From Chiloscyllium plagiosum (taxonomy: Eukaryota), in contig NC_057750.1 in the NCBI RefSeq assembly GCF_004010195.1, positions 6,180,438-6,244,437 of the forward strand: 64,000 bases of DNA, given 5' to 3'. The notes beneath the pieces are model-generated. The model did no database searches, was not told where the DNA came from, and saw only the letters and a program-made list of their open reading frames with translations. Shown in pieces: positions 22,584-35,954 of this stretch (the first letter of the stretch is position 1; the number at the start of each line of letters is the position of its first letter). The position numbers and the translations under genes are program-made.

Positions 22584-25500
22584 GTACTATTTCTTGTTCC
22601 TCAAAACATAAATAACATTGAAAAAATGTCACAATTTTCAGGAGTTTGGTACAGTATGCAGAACATGACTAAACACCTCACAACAATTAACTAGAGATGT
22701 ACTAAAAGCTCAGGCCCAGAGGGGCCAGAGGAAGTGATAAAATATTTTCCGAATGGCCTTGATGTGGCTACAGACAGAGAATCTATAGGTATTTGGTAAA
22801 ACTGAGAAACAGTGCTTACCGAGGCATGCCCGTCTCTCTCAACCCAATCAAACACTTGCACAAAAAATTGCTTTGTAGAAGTTGGGTCCCCCTCTGTTTC
22901 ACTACCATTAAATGACTTGCAGTTCCATTTTGCTAGCAACTCAATTCTGCATCATCCCCCTCCTCCCTGCTACCCCACATATACACATCCTTTGATGTGT
23001 CCCAAGTTCTCCTTACGTCAGGAGGCTCCCTTCCAACACGTTGCGGGCTGCACTCACACCTCTGCACCGATTCACCGCAGCTTAAAGGCTCTCCTGACTC
23101 AGACTCTGGCACCCTTCAATGGGAGAGCCACCCTGAACGCTGCCATCCCCATCATGGCCCAGGTGACTTGTGTGCTCATACCGCCTCTCACGCAGAGGCA
23201 CTTGCATTTAACACCCTTCCACCTTGAAATACATAGAGTCGTCCAGGCAAAGCCTCTAAGACATTTTGTGAAGACCCTGTGCTCTGTGAGAGATCTCTCT
23301 AACATCAAAACTGCTCAAAGCTTAACCTTTATACAGCTGACAGGCTAAGAGCTACCTGGGCGCACTGTGCCATGACCCCTCTCAAGTACATCAATGGAGT
23401 CAGATAACGTGGGAATGCCCCCAGACTGAGGGGCAGGTATACCTTCCCTTCTGGATACTTGAATCTTCCCCAATGGGGTAAGGGCTGTCCTGAGTGTCTC
23501 AGCATTTACTGAGCTCCTAGGGGGAGTATTCAATTACAGAGCCCCCTCTAGGGAGTATGCTGTAATTTCCAGGGGAGAGACACTGTATTTAATGGGTGTC
23601 CCTGGGTACTGAGGCAGTATTTAAAAGGGTATCCCAGGAATGGTGGGTTGATGGGTTATGTCACAGGAGGCAGTTAAATAGCCTGACGGTCTCCATTGGA
23701 GGACGAGGCCTGATTCTACTGGGCTTCCCTGAATGAGATGCAGAGGTGGATGCAGCCAGTCCCGTTGTGGGTCTTTCAGCTCATTACCTCAAAACAACAA
23801 AAAGGGGCAGGTTAACTATTTGGGTGCAAATGCGGAGAGGTACTCCTTCAGACACTGGCGTGCACTGACGGGGTCACTGTTTCCTGTTTTAATATCAGAC
23901 GTTGCGCTCTAAGCGAGAAAAGGAGTTGGAGCAGCCTGGGGCAGAGTTTGAACATGTGCCGACGTTCTGAGCGCTCGGCAGCTCACCTGCAGGAGCTTGC
24001 TCTGTGACTGCAGCACACCTTACAGTGCTCGACATTCGGGTAAAGGGAGTGAAGCTTCGTCGGCTGGTGACAATCTCAGCACGAACGTGCCCAGATGGCA
24101 GCAGAGAGGCTGCCTTGAGATTTCGACGGGGCGAGGGGGAAACAGAACAGGAGCTGCCCGGTGCTTCCCCAACCAACACTGAAAAAGTTGGAAAACAAGG
24201 GGGAAGAGAGTGCATCAGTGCTGATGTCTCAGATCAGTGCCATTTTTACCCCTAGGGCTGACAGACAAGAGGTGAGAAAGTTCATTCTGCTGACAACTTG
24301 AATTTTCCTTCGCATCCACATCCCCCCTCACCCCCCCCCAACAACTCCCAGCTCCCCGCGCTCAGATGCTGCTTGACCAGCTGGGGGTGACTGAGTGTCC
24401 TTCTGTTTCGATTTCAGATTGCCAGGTGGTTTGCCATTGTAAAGACTCCAGCAGATCAGAAGGTAAATCCAGTAAAGCTTAAAGTGGGGACTGAGACACA
24501 CTTGTCCAACCCGTGTTGCAAACTTCAGAATGGAGCTCAGTTTCATCAGAACGTGACAGTTTCTTTTCTCCACCCCCCCATCCCTTTTGAAGGTGGGGAT
24601 GTGTTGGGCTTTCCCCGCCCCCTCCACATACCCCCCTTCAAGGGTGGGGATAGATGGGACCCTTTGCTGCAGCAAGTCGCAGGTATCACGGTGAAACTGG
24701 CTCACAGTCCGGGCGGACTCCTCGCTGATCGACTTGGAGAAGCGCTTGCCTCTAGGCTCGGAATTGTGGAATTCCAGCAGGATGAGAAGCCCTGGGGAGG
24801 AGCAAACTGGGAGCCAGGAACAAGTGCCCATAAACGCTAGTCACGACGAAAATCTCAAAGGGCTGGAAAGAGATCAAGCGATGGCCCTGATTGCCCTGTC
24901 AGCAGCAGTGATCGGGAGTGGGATGGATGTCCCTTGATAGCTCAGCACAATATTTACCTGGCTGCTAGACTGTGGAACTCGCTCTCTTGGGACATTTCGG
25001 GGGGTAACATCAGTACGAGGAGGTAAGGAATAGGGTAAGGTAAATAGGATGAGGGGAGATGGGGTGGAAGGAGGCTTGGGCATGGCAAAAACACCAGTAT
25101 GGATCTGCAGGGCCTGTTTCCACTGTAGAAAAAAAATCACTTAAAAAAAAAACTGGTTGTGAATTTGACCCAAATGAAGTGGAGAGAGAGTGGGGCAAAT
25201 TGCAACAGTGGCACAGAGGGGAAAGCAGAGGTACCCATGGGAGGCTCCAAATACAGGATATTACCCAAAAAAGGTACAAGGTTGTGCGGTCCTACATCTT
25301 TTCAAATTTCAAGTATAGATCCAGGGAAGTTGGATGAAAACACAAGGGAAAGGAATTGAAGGGAACCGGTTGATGGGATAGTATGGTGTGAAGAAAGCTG
25401 GGAGGACAGTGACGTGGAGTGTAAACAACAGCAAGGATTGGAGGGGTGAATGGTCTTTGTGCCATTGACTTTAAGGAGCCACACGATGCAGACAAACCCC

Positions 25501-25664
25501 GCAGAGCTGAAGGAAGGAGTTTGGCTGCACGGGACACCAGGGTCTGTGAGTGCAGTTCCAGGAGGGGGTTGGAGAGCACATGCGCTGTGGGACGGGAAGC
25601 TGGGAGGGGCAGATGGAGAATACACGGCAGAGTCCTGAGTCAGTTCAGATGCTCCTGATGTGTC

Positions 25665-25754
25665 CTAGCCCGAGTCGGTCAGAGAGCTGCGACGTGCCAA
25701 GTGAGTGTGGCTGGTGCTCAGAATGCGGGAATCCGTCAGACTGCTGGGAGGTTG
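25665..25754 (-). CDS. Kinesin light chain, last coding exon: QPPSSLTDSRILSTSHTHLARRSSLTDSG*
   Basis: Acceptor tttctctctccgttgcAG; similar to the KLC1 (DSRALSASHTDLAH) and KLC2 (DSRTLSSSSMDLSRRSSL) tails; TAG at 25665-25667. Confidence 0.88.
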   Translation of the reverse strand, partial: QPPSSLTDSRILSTSHTHLARRSSLTDSG

Positions 25755-25996
25755 CTGCAACGGAGAGAGAAAACAGCGGGCAGTGAATACAACCAAGATA
25801 CAGCCAGATCATCGCCACCTTTACAAGGCCAGTTAAGGAAAGGAAGCAAATCACAGCCTGCTCAGTATTATCCATATTCTGTGAACGAACAAGAAAACTG
25901 GGAACATTGGTCCAGATATTCCTGCTTAAGGGCTGGGGTGCAGCCTTAACCCACAATTGAAGGGTCCTCGGGGACTTCAAGCGCTGCTCTGGCCTT

Positions 25997-27690
25997 GGGA
26001 CCCAGACCCACACAGCACTCACTCAGTACTGCACTGTGCTCCCAGACCCACACAGCACTCACTCCGTACTTCACTGTGCTCCCAGACCCACACAGCACTC
26101 ACTCAGTACTGCACTGTGGACCCAGACCCCCACAGCACTCACTCCATATTGCACTGTGGACCCAGACCCACACAGCACTCACTCCGTACTGCACTGTGGA
26201 CCCAGACCCCCACAGCACTCACTCCATATTGCACTGTGCTCCCAGACCCACACAGCACTCACTCAGTATTGCTCTGTGGACCCAGACCTCCACAGCACTC
26301 ACTCCATATTGCACTGTGCTCCCAGACCCACACAGCACTCACTCAGTATTGCTCTGTGGACCCAGACCCACACAGCACTCACTCAGTACTGTACTGTGGA
26401 CCCAGAGCTGAAAATGTGTTGCTGGAAAAGCACAGCAGGTCAGGCAGCATCCAGGGAACTGGAGAATCGACGTTTCGGGCATAAACCCTTCTTCCTGAAA
26501 TGTTGATTCTCCTGCTCCCTGGATGCTGCCTGACCTGCTGCGCTTTTCCAGCAACACATTTTCAAGCTCTGATCTCCAGCATCTGCAGACCTCACTTTCT
26601 CCTGTGGACCCAGACCCACAGCACTCACTCCGTACTGCACTGTGGACCCAGACCCACACCCACACAACACTCACTCAGTACTGCACTTTGCTCCCAGATT
26701 CTCTCAGCACTCACTCAGTACTGCACTGTGGACCCAGACCCACACAGCACTCACTCAGTACTGCACTGTGGACCCAGATTCTCTCAGCACTCACTCAGTA
26801 CTGCACTGTGGACCCAGATTCTCTCAGCACTCACTCCGTACTGCACTGTGGACCCAGACCCACACCCACACAACACTCACTCAGTACTGCACTTTGCTCC
26901 CAGATTCTCTCAGCACTCACTTAGTACTGCACTGTGGACCCAGACCCACACAGCACTCACTCCGTACTGCACTGTGGACCCAGACCCACACAACACTCAC
27001 TCCGTACTGCACTGTGCTCCCAGATTCTCACAGCACTCACTCAGTACTGCACTGTGGACCCAGACCCACACAACACTCACTCAGTACTGCACTGTGCTCC
27101 CAGATTCTCTCAGCACTCACTCAGTACTGCACTGTGGACCCAGACCCACACAACACTCACTCCGTACTGCACTGTGGACCCAGATTCTCACAGCACTCAC
27201 TCAGTACTGCACTGTGGACCCAGACCCACACAACACTCACCCAGTACTGCACTGTGCTCCCAGATTCTCTCAGCACTCACTCAGTACTGCACTGTGGACC
27301 CAGACCCACACAACACTCACTCCGTACTGCACTGTGCTCCCAGATTCTCACAGCACTCACTCAGTACTGCACTGTGGACCCAGACCCACACAACACTCAC
27401 CCAGTACTGCACTGTGGACCCAGACCCACACAGCACTCACTCATTACTGCACTGTGGACCCAGACCCACACAACACTCATCCAGTACTGCACTGTGGACC
27501 CAGACCCACACAGCACTCACTCACTACTGCACTGTGGACCCAGACCCACACAACACTCACCCAGTATTGCACTGTGGACCCAGACCCACACAGCACTCAC
27601 TCACTACTGCACTGTGGACCCAGACCCCACAACACTCACCCAGTACTGCACTGTGGACCCAGACCCACACAGCACTCACCCAGTACTGTA
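25997..27690. repeat. 40-bp minisatellite (about 1.5 kb net) in the last KLC intron
   Basis: Unit cccagacccacacagcactcactcagtactgcactgtgga with variants; interrupted at 26407-26601. Confidence 0.97.
26407..26601. mobile_element. Short PLE family B inverted-repeat insertion inside the minisatellite
   Basis: gctgaaaatgtgttgctggaaaag...gacgtttcgggcat followed by an inverted arm with tail; ctgtggacccaga on both sides (26394-26406, 26602-26614). Confidence 0.88.
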
Positions 27691-27886
27691 TTGCGGTGTG
27701 AACAGTGAGCAGCCACTCTCAGGGCCTGTGCTTTCAGACATAGAGGCAGCAGCTATCTCCTCAGCCTGGGTAGATGGCTGCGAGGCCTGACAGACCTTAT
27801 TATCAATAACTTTAAGCGTTGGATGTCCATCGACAGGTATATCAATTGCCGGTACAAAGACATGGTATTGTCGTGAAAAAGTTTAC

Positions 27887-27953
27887 CTGGTATGTGTCTC
27901 CAGCCATTCTGCTGCTCACATTCAGAACATTCAGCGAATTTGCTCGTTTCATT
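27887..27953 (-). CDS. Kinesin light chain exon (67 bp): (G)MKRANSLNVLNVSSRMAGDTYQ
   Basis: tttcccttgcAG acceptor, GTAAAC donor, phase 2 to 0; matches the KLC MKRASSLNVLN motif. Confidence 0.92.
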
Positions 27954-28199
27954 CTGCAAGGGAAACAAACAGGACTTTAATATTAATCTTGCTGTCCTAT
28001 TCCCAGCCTCACCAACCAGTCCCTGACAAGCTCCCAGGCTGTTAACTCACTGACAGCCTCCAGCACCTGCAGCCCAGCTACATCAAAATGCCAAGCGATG
28101 GATAACTCTAAATAGGATACTGAGTAAAAGTAGGAACTGAGGTCGTACTGAACACGCACACTTGGAAGGTGCCAGCAAACTCTCCCCGGGAAGAATAAG

Positions 28200-28530
28200 A
28201 ACAGGGGCAGCACAGGGTTAGATATGGAGTAAAGCTGCCTCTATGGTTTTAAACTGAAAGTAAAAGCTCCCTTGACACAATCACCATCAAAGATTCCCAT
28301 GACAGGGTCAGCGTGGGGTTAGATTAACAATAAAGCTCCCTCTATACTATCCCCAACAAATAGCCCCAAAACAGGGACAGTATGGGGTCAGATACAGAGT
28401 AGAGCTCCATCTACTCTTAATCTGAAAATAAAATCTCTTGACACTGACCCCACCAAACACTCCAGGATATGGGGTCAGTTACAGACTAAAGGTTCCTCCA
28501 CACTGTCCCTCATCAAACACTCCCAGGATC
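28200..28530 (+). repeat. Degenerate tandem repeat (about 65-bp unit), split by a CR1 and resuming at about 29350-29480
   Basis: Recurrent gatacagagtaaagctcc...acactgtccccatcaaacactcccaggacag; related copies at about 30925-31030 (-) and 32615-32710. Confidence 0.7.
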
Positions 28531-29346
28531 AGATGGGCCAATGGGCAGAGGAGTGGCAGATGGAGTTTAATTCAGATAAATGCGAGGTGCTGCATTTTGG
28601 GAAAGTAAATCTTAACAGGACTTCTACACTTAATGATAAGGTCCTAGGGAGTATTGCTGAACAGAGACCTTGGAGTGCAGGTTCATAGCTCTTTGAAAGT
28701 GGAGTCGCAGGTAGATTGGATATTGAAGGCAGCGTTTGGTATGCTTTTCTTCAATGGTCAGAGTATTGAGTACAGGAGTTGGGAGGTCGTCTTGCAGCTG
28801 TACAGGACATTGGTTAGGTCACTGTTGGAATATTGCTTGCAAAAGATGTTGTGAAACTTCAAAGGATTTACAAGGATGTTGCCAGGGTTGGAGGATTTGA
28901 ACTATAGGGAGAGGCTGAACAGGCTGGGACTGTTTTCACTGGAGCATTGGAGTCTGATGGGTGACCTTATAGAAGTTTACAAAATCATGAGGGACATGGA
29001 TAGAGTAAATAGACAAAGTCTTTTCCCTGGGGTCGGAGAGTCCAGAACTGGACGGCATAGGTTTAGGGTGAGAGGGGAAAGATATAAAAGAGACCGAAGG
29101 GGCAACTTTTTCACAAAGAGGGTGGTACGGGTATGGAATGAGCTGCCATAGGAAGTGGTGGAGGCTGGAAGAATTGCAACATTTAAGAGGCACTTGGATG
29201 GGTATATGAATAAGAAGGGTTTGGAGGGATATGGGTGGGTGCTGGCAGGTGGGACTAGATTGGGTTGGGATATCTGGTTGGCATGGACGGGTTGGACCGA
29301 AGGGTCTGTTTCCATGCTGTACATCTCTATGACTATGACTCTATGA
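28531..29346 (+). mobile_element. CR1 (HER1-type) LINE 3' fragment
   Basis: WQMEFN.DKCEVLHFG...RDLGVQVH...GDLIEVYKIM...RVVRVWNELP, ending in a (ctatga)n tail. Confidence 0.92.
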
Positions 29347-29561
29347 CTGCAACAGCACAGGGTTAGATGCAGAGTACAACTCCTTCTACACTGTCCCCCA
29401 TCAAACACTCCCAGGACTGCGACAGCACAGGATTAGATACAGTTCCCTCTGTACTGTCCTTATCAAACACTCCTAGGACAGCCTAACATTAGACTTGTGG
29501 GAGTGGTGGAGTTTATAGAGACCTAGAGGAAGCGGAATGGGGGTTTCCAGCCTGTAAGTCA

Positions 29562-29750
<189 letters not shown>

Positions 29751-30639
29751 TCACTTCATTACATTACGCCAACCTTCAGCATTAACAGGTCAAACATCAA
29801 AACAAAACATTTGGAAGAAAATAAATTCACAAACATCCCCCGAGAACAATAATTTTGGTGTAAGTATGTTTGTAAAATCAGTTTTCACTTCAGAGAAGAT
29901 GGTACAGACTTAGCTGCCTAATGCAATTCATCAGCAAACAGTTAAGACCACTAAATCTTAGGAGACTTTCTTGTTTGCTTCCCAGGAGAACAGTTTATAC
30001 GGGGTTAATTAGCTGTTGCTCATTACACCCTTAAGAAAAAACACCTTGCATTAACAGGTCTATTTACAGTCACCTTCAACTGAGGCATGTTCGCAGAGTG
30101 CACACGCCCAGGTTAATTCAGCTTTATCCCTACTCAGTCACTTGGCAGACACTCAATACATTACAGGCAGTAAATACAAGCATTATATGTACAGTATATG
30201 ACACACCCTCTCCCGCCCACCCCTTGAATCTTAACACAACAAAGGCCATCAGTCACAGAGTGGGAGGGAAGGAACAGAGGTAGATGTTATACAGTCTTCA
30301 TATGGTGGTTAGTGTTAGTATCAGGAAGGTCTCTGCATCGAAGAGACTGAAAAAGAGAAAAGAAAGGGAGTTAATGTGGCTGGAGAAAGAGTGGATCATA
30401 ACAGAGTTTTTTAAAATAATGTTTGTTCAGTCATTTCTTGTGCTCAACAAACACAACTGAGTCTGGTGCAGTAGGCGTTACAAACGGATATACTGACGGA
30501 CACAATTTTATGATATATTGACTCCACACCACACCCTCTCCCCATCACGCACCAGCCTCACCAACTGACGGGCAAGGGGAGATCCCACTGCTAGTTTTCC
30601 TGCCCAGCAGCCCACAAGCTTGTCAATTCGATCAGATAT

Positions 30640-32435
30640 GATGTTTGAACATTCAAGAAGCAGTAGGCCATTCAGCCTCTTGAGTGTGCTTGGTCACACA
30701 ATAACTTGGCCAATCTCAGAACACATTTCTGCCTAGCCCTATTAACCTTTCAATCCCTTGTTTAACAAGAACCTAGCTACTGCTGCCTTAAAAAGATAGT
30801 CAAGGACTCCGCTTCCACCACCTTTTAAGGAAGAGTGTTCCATGCACTCAACTTTCTGTGAGAAACAAATTCACCTCATCTCTTAATGTGAGCAACTCTT
30901 AATTGTTAAACTGTATACTGTACACTGTACCTGTCCTGGGATGTTTGACAGGTGCAAGTGTAGAGAGAGCTTTACTCTGTATCTAACCCTGTGCTATAGC
31001 TGTCTTGGGATGTCTGACAGATACAGTATAGAATCAAGTCCAGATTAACCAACAAGAGGAAACATGTTCCCCACATCAATCCTGTCAAGCCCTCTCAGGA
31101 TCTTCTGTTTCAATCAAGTCTCCTCTTCATCTTCTACACTCTAGTGGATACAGGCCTACCCTGTCTAACCTTTCCTCATTCTGGCTTTTAGGCTGGAAAA
31201 ACTTAGCTGAACTGCGTTTGCATCCTTCCTTAAAACTATGGTGGCCGAAGATCTGAGTGCAGTCCACTCGATGTGGCCTTATCAGTGCCTTTGCATAAGT
31301 GAAGCATAACCTCTCTATTTTTATGTTCATTACCCCTCACAATAAGTTAGTTACTAGCATTTCTAATTACTTGCTGTACGTGCATACTAAGCTTCTGCAC
31401 TAACCTTCTGTAATTCATGCACTACCATACCCAGATCCTTCTGTATCAGAGCTCTGAAATCTCTTACAATTTGCATAGTATGCTTTATTGTCAAAAATGG
31501 ATAATTTCACAATTTCCCACATTATACTACATTAGATGGATCTTTGTCCACTCAAACAGCTACCTATGAGCCTCTGCTGTACCCTATGTCCTTTTCACAA
31601 CTTACTTTCCTAACTATCCTTGTATCAATCAGCAGATTTAGCAACCACACCAATCATCTCTTCATCCAAAATCATTTACATGAATAATAAATAGTTCAAT
31701 CCTAGCACCAATCCCACTCGTTACATCTTGCCAACCTGAGAAAAGATCCATTTATGCCTTCTCTCAATGTCCTGTTAGCCAGCCAATCTTCAATCTATGA
31801 CAAATATTATTCCAGTACCATTAGCTTTTATTTTTGTCATTAAGTTTTGCTTAGGCTTTCTATCAAATGCCTTCTGGGGATCCAAGCTCAGTATGCCCAC
31901 TAGTTGCCCTTTCATCCGCAGTAAGACCATAAGACCATAAGACATAGGAGCGGAAGTAAGGCCATTCGGCCCATCGAGTCCACTCCGCCATTCAATCATG
32001 GCTGATGGGCATTTCAACTCCACTTACCCGCATTCTCCCCGTAACCCTTAATTCCTTGTGACATCAAGAATTTATCAATTTCTGCCTTGAAGACATTTAG
32101 CGTCCCAAACTCCAACGAATACAATCCCAGTATCCTCAGCCGTTCCTCATATGTTAGATCTGTCATTCCAGGGATCATCCGTGTGAATCTCCGTTGGACA
32201 CGTTCCAGTGCCAGTATGTCCTTCCTGAGGTGTGGGGACCAAAACTGGACACAGTACTCCAAATGGGGCCTAACCAGAGCTTTATAAAGTCTCAGTAGCA
32301 CATCAGTGCTTTTATATTCCAACCCTCTTGAGATAATTGATAACATTGCATTCGCTTTCTTAATCACGGACTCAACCTGCATGTTTACCTTTAGAGAATC
32401 CTCAACTAGCACTCCCAGATCCCTCTGTACTTTGG
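30640..32435 (-). mobile_element. Older CR1 fragments with a younger CR1 3' fragment nested at about 31925-32435
   Basis: ORF 32014..32481 has LYKALVRPHLEYCVQFWSPHLRKDILALERVQRRFTRMIPG; (taagacca)n tail at about 31922-31945. Confidence 0.8.
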
Positions 32436-34680
32436 AAGTATGTGTTACTTCCTCAAAGAACTCCAGAAGGCTGGATCCCAAAACAAAAATGACTATACCT
32501 GCAGCCTCATAGGGTTTCAGCTGCCCTGTTCACCTCATGACTAGTACTGGGATCAGAGTAAACCTTGACCCACACGGTCTCCAACAACTCCCAGGGCAGA
32601 TTCAGCAATTAATCAATACAGAGTAAAGCTCCCCCTGCACTGTACTTGTCATACATCCCGGGGCATGTACAGCGCAGGGTTAGATACAGAGTAAAGCTCC
32701 TCTGTGTCCAAATCATGTACCTCGGTGTGGCATTTTTGACTCTATTTTCTGCACTGTTAGATTGACAGTTTGGGGCTGAGATAGGAGTGCTTTTGTATTT
32801 ATGACCAATGCCCACCCAGAACTGCCTAAACACATCTAATGGGGGAATTGATAAATCTTGTGCTTTGGTGAGGGCAGTAACTGGTTGTGGATCAGCTGCC
32901 AGTTTACAATCCCAGGCAAGTTTTTGATCCGCTGCCTGGGCTGCTCATCGACACCTGTCCATTTTCCAGGTGCTGGAAGAAAGCTACCTCTGGGATCTTT
33001 ACACAGCAAGAATGCAGAAGCAATTTTTTATCATTAATGCAAAATTATATCAAATGTCCTAGAATTTAAAGGGAGATGCTTAACGCACTGCAGCTATTTA
33101 CAATAAATTATTTTACACAATGTGTAGTAATAATATTTTTTATTAAGTCTTTCATCCAATCGGAAACACAATGTGAGCAGTGTGTAACATCTACTAGATA
33201 CCTTGCAACAACTCACGATGCTTCCATTGACACTACCTTCCAAACCCACGACACTGCTACCTGGAAGCTCCCCTTGCCACTACATTGCCACTCCTTTATC
33301 ATCACCAGATCACAGCCACCATCTTCAAGGGCAATTAGGGATGGGAAATAAATAATAGCCTGGTCATTAACACCCATATTCTGTGAATGAAGAAAACTTA
33401 AAGTTGTCATTTTTTTGATAGCACCCAGTCCTTCTGAATACAAAAGCATTGTCTGTGGCTATCTGGCTATTTCCCAATGCCATCTTCGAGGGTTTACCTT
33501 CTAATTTTCTAAATTCAGTCTTTCCTTTCTTCCTATCCAAAACAGACATCCCAAAGCACTTTGCAGCCAATGGAGTATTTTTTTTAAAACTGTAGCCACT
33601 ATTGTGTTGTGGGAAATGTGGCAGTCAGTTTACACACAGAAAGCTCCCACAACCACCTGAGATAAGGACCAGAACATTTATTGACGAAGGGATTAACATT
33701 AGCCCAAATCTTTTTCACGCAGAAGGTGTTGTGTGTATGGAATGAGCTGCCAGAGGAAGTGGTGGAGGCTGGTACAATTACAACATGTAAAAGGCATCTG
33801 GATGGGTATATGAATAAGGGTGGGTTTGGAGGGATATGGGCCAAGTCCTAGCAAATGGGTCTAGATTAGGTTAGGACATGGACAAGTTGGACTGAAGGAT
33901 CTGTTTCTGTGCTGTACATCTCTATGGCTCTAAGTCTCCAGGGAAAACTCTCCTTCAAAACTGAGTCACATCGACTTTCTACCTGTTTGGGAACAGGCAA
34001 GCCCTCGATTTAACATCTTATCTAAAAAGAACACCTCTGACAGGGCATCACTCCCTCACTACGGTGCTAAGAGGGTCAGGCTTTGTGCTTAAGTTTCTAA
34101 AGTGGGACTTGAACTCGCAAGCATCTGACTCAGAGGCAACAGTGCTGAACCTGAGCCACAGCTGGTATTAAATCAACAATCTCCAGTATCATCCAACGCC
34201 AATCTATGCTTTTATTATGGGTTCCTCAGATTACACCCCCAGTTATTGGGGCACAATGATTGAATCTCCTTCCTGCACTTTAATGAAGTGTTAAAACTCT
34301 GTCTTCCCCACACTCTCACTGTCGTTGGCTTAAGTTTAGAGCTTCTTTATATATTCCCATATACTTCTAGCGAAAATTAAGACTCCAGTTTCCCCACCCA
34401 CCACCCCACTGCACCCCCCAACCCCTCCATAGCTGACACACTAAACAAAATGAATTTGGTTCCCTCAAATGTGCTCAGTGCTTTTCACCTCAACAACTCT
34501 TAAATCCTGTTTAAAGGCTAAGCCGATATAGAATTAATTCCTACGCCTATATCTGCACAAACTCTTCCAGGATGCCGAGCACACCAGCTGTGAGAAATTG
34601 GAGAAAAGGAGTATGAGGAGGGATTTGACAAAGGGTGCATACAATTATGAAATATTTAGATAAGGTCGACAAAGCAAAAC

Positions 34681-34908
34681 TAAGGCAAAAGTGAGGACTG
34701 CAGATGGTGGAGATTAGAGTCTAGAGTGTGGTGCTGGAAAAGCACAGCAGGTCAGACAGCATCCGAGGAGCACGAAATAGATGTTTCGGGCAAAAGCCCT
34801 TCAATAGGAAGGGTTCATTCCTGATGAAGGGTTTTTGCCCAAAATGTCAATTTTCGTGTTCCTTGGATTCTGCCTGACCTGCTATACTTTTCCAGCACTA
34901 TACTCTTG
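34681..34908. mobile_element. Short PLE family B inverted-repeat insertion with two decayed hammerheads back to back
   Basis: ...gtttcgggcaaaagcccttcaatagg / ttcctgatgaagggtttttgcccaaaatgtc...; duplication aaagcaaaac (34671-34680, 34909-34918). Confidence 0.85.
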
Positions 34909-35954
34909 AAAGCAAAACGGTTGCTATTCGCTGCTGGTGGAAGAAAGAGAGGACACAGATTGAAGGCGAGAGATATTTATGCAGCGAGTGGTAATGACTG
35001 GAATGTCTGCCTATGAGGGAGGTGGAAATGGTGATGAATGATTTCAAAAAGGAGACTGGATGGAAAGTTAAGGGAAATACACTTGCAGGGTAACAGGGTA
35101 AGAGCAGATGAGTGAAACGGACAGACCCACCTCTCCCCCCGCTCCTCCTGGTCAAAAAAACTACTTTTTACGTGTATTCAAGGAATGTGGGCTTTGCTGG
35201 CTAGGCCAGTACTGATGTTTGTTCCTAATCATGCTGGAGGTGGTGGTGGGTGAGCTGTAGTCTGTCTGGTATAAGCACACCCAGAGTGCTGGGACAGTTC
35301 CATCTACCTCTCTTCTATCTTCGGCTGTTTGCAACAAGCAAGTTACTCACTGCACCCGGTCAGACCCTGTTTGCAAAACTGTGCCCAACATTAGACAGGG
35401 TTCCATTACCAAATGCCTTTTGCTAAATAATCCCGAGGGTGTACAAATAGTTTAGGATTGTTAGTTGAGTTTGCAGTGTGGTGGGCTTGCAACATTTTTA
35501 ACACACAGGGCTCTGTTATTTGCAGACTGAAAGAATATTTACACACGTTGCATCAATTTCAACTTAAAATTTGGTGACAGCTCTGGTTGATTTCTCAGGG
35601 TACACCTTGATCAATCAACGTCAACCTGCCTTGTTTTATGATGCAAATAAAACTTGGTGGTTAACTGTCATCTATCATTGGCGGGTGCATTCACCATGGC
35701 AATGCCCCAATCAGAATCCACTTGCCAACCAATCAGCATTTTACTTCCATACTGTTTTTTTCCCTTTTACTCTCAAATTTCTTGTGAATTGCCCTGAGTG
35801 GAAGCCAAAATTTATTGAAAAAACATGACTTATCAGCAATACTCTAGTTCTATACTACCAAATGACTATCTTCCTTTCATTCTGATGAAAAGTTATCATC
35901 CTAAAATACAAACTTTGTTTCTCTCTCCGACGACACTGCATGACCTGCTGAATA

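Noticed and set aside
23895..25140. ORFs of 80-170 aa on both strands
   Set aside because: No recognisable homology; they lie downstream of the KLC stop, within its probable 3' UTR.
25957..27790. Long His/Thr/Cys-rich ORFs, and a possible CRISPR-like array
   Set aside because: Translation of a 40-bp head-to-tail minisatellite in an intron; there are no unique spacers and the context is eukaryotic.
28654..29151. Reverse-transcriptase-like ORFs as host genes
   Set aside because: Truncated, frameshifted CR1 3' fragments present in many copies.
35876..35952. ctgatgaa...gacctgctga remnant (similar pieces at about 22185-22290 and 56630-56700) as further hammerheads
   Set aside because: Probably an older PLE-end family, but the GAAA box and stems are too decayed to call a ribozyme.
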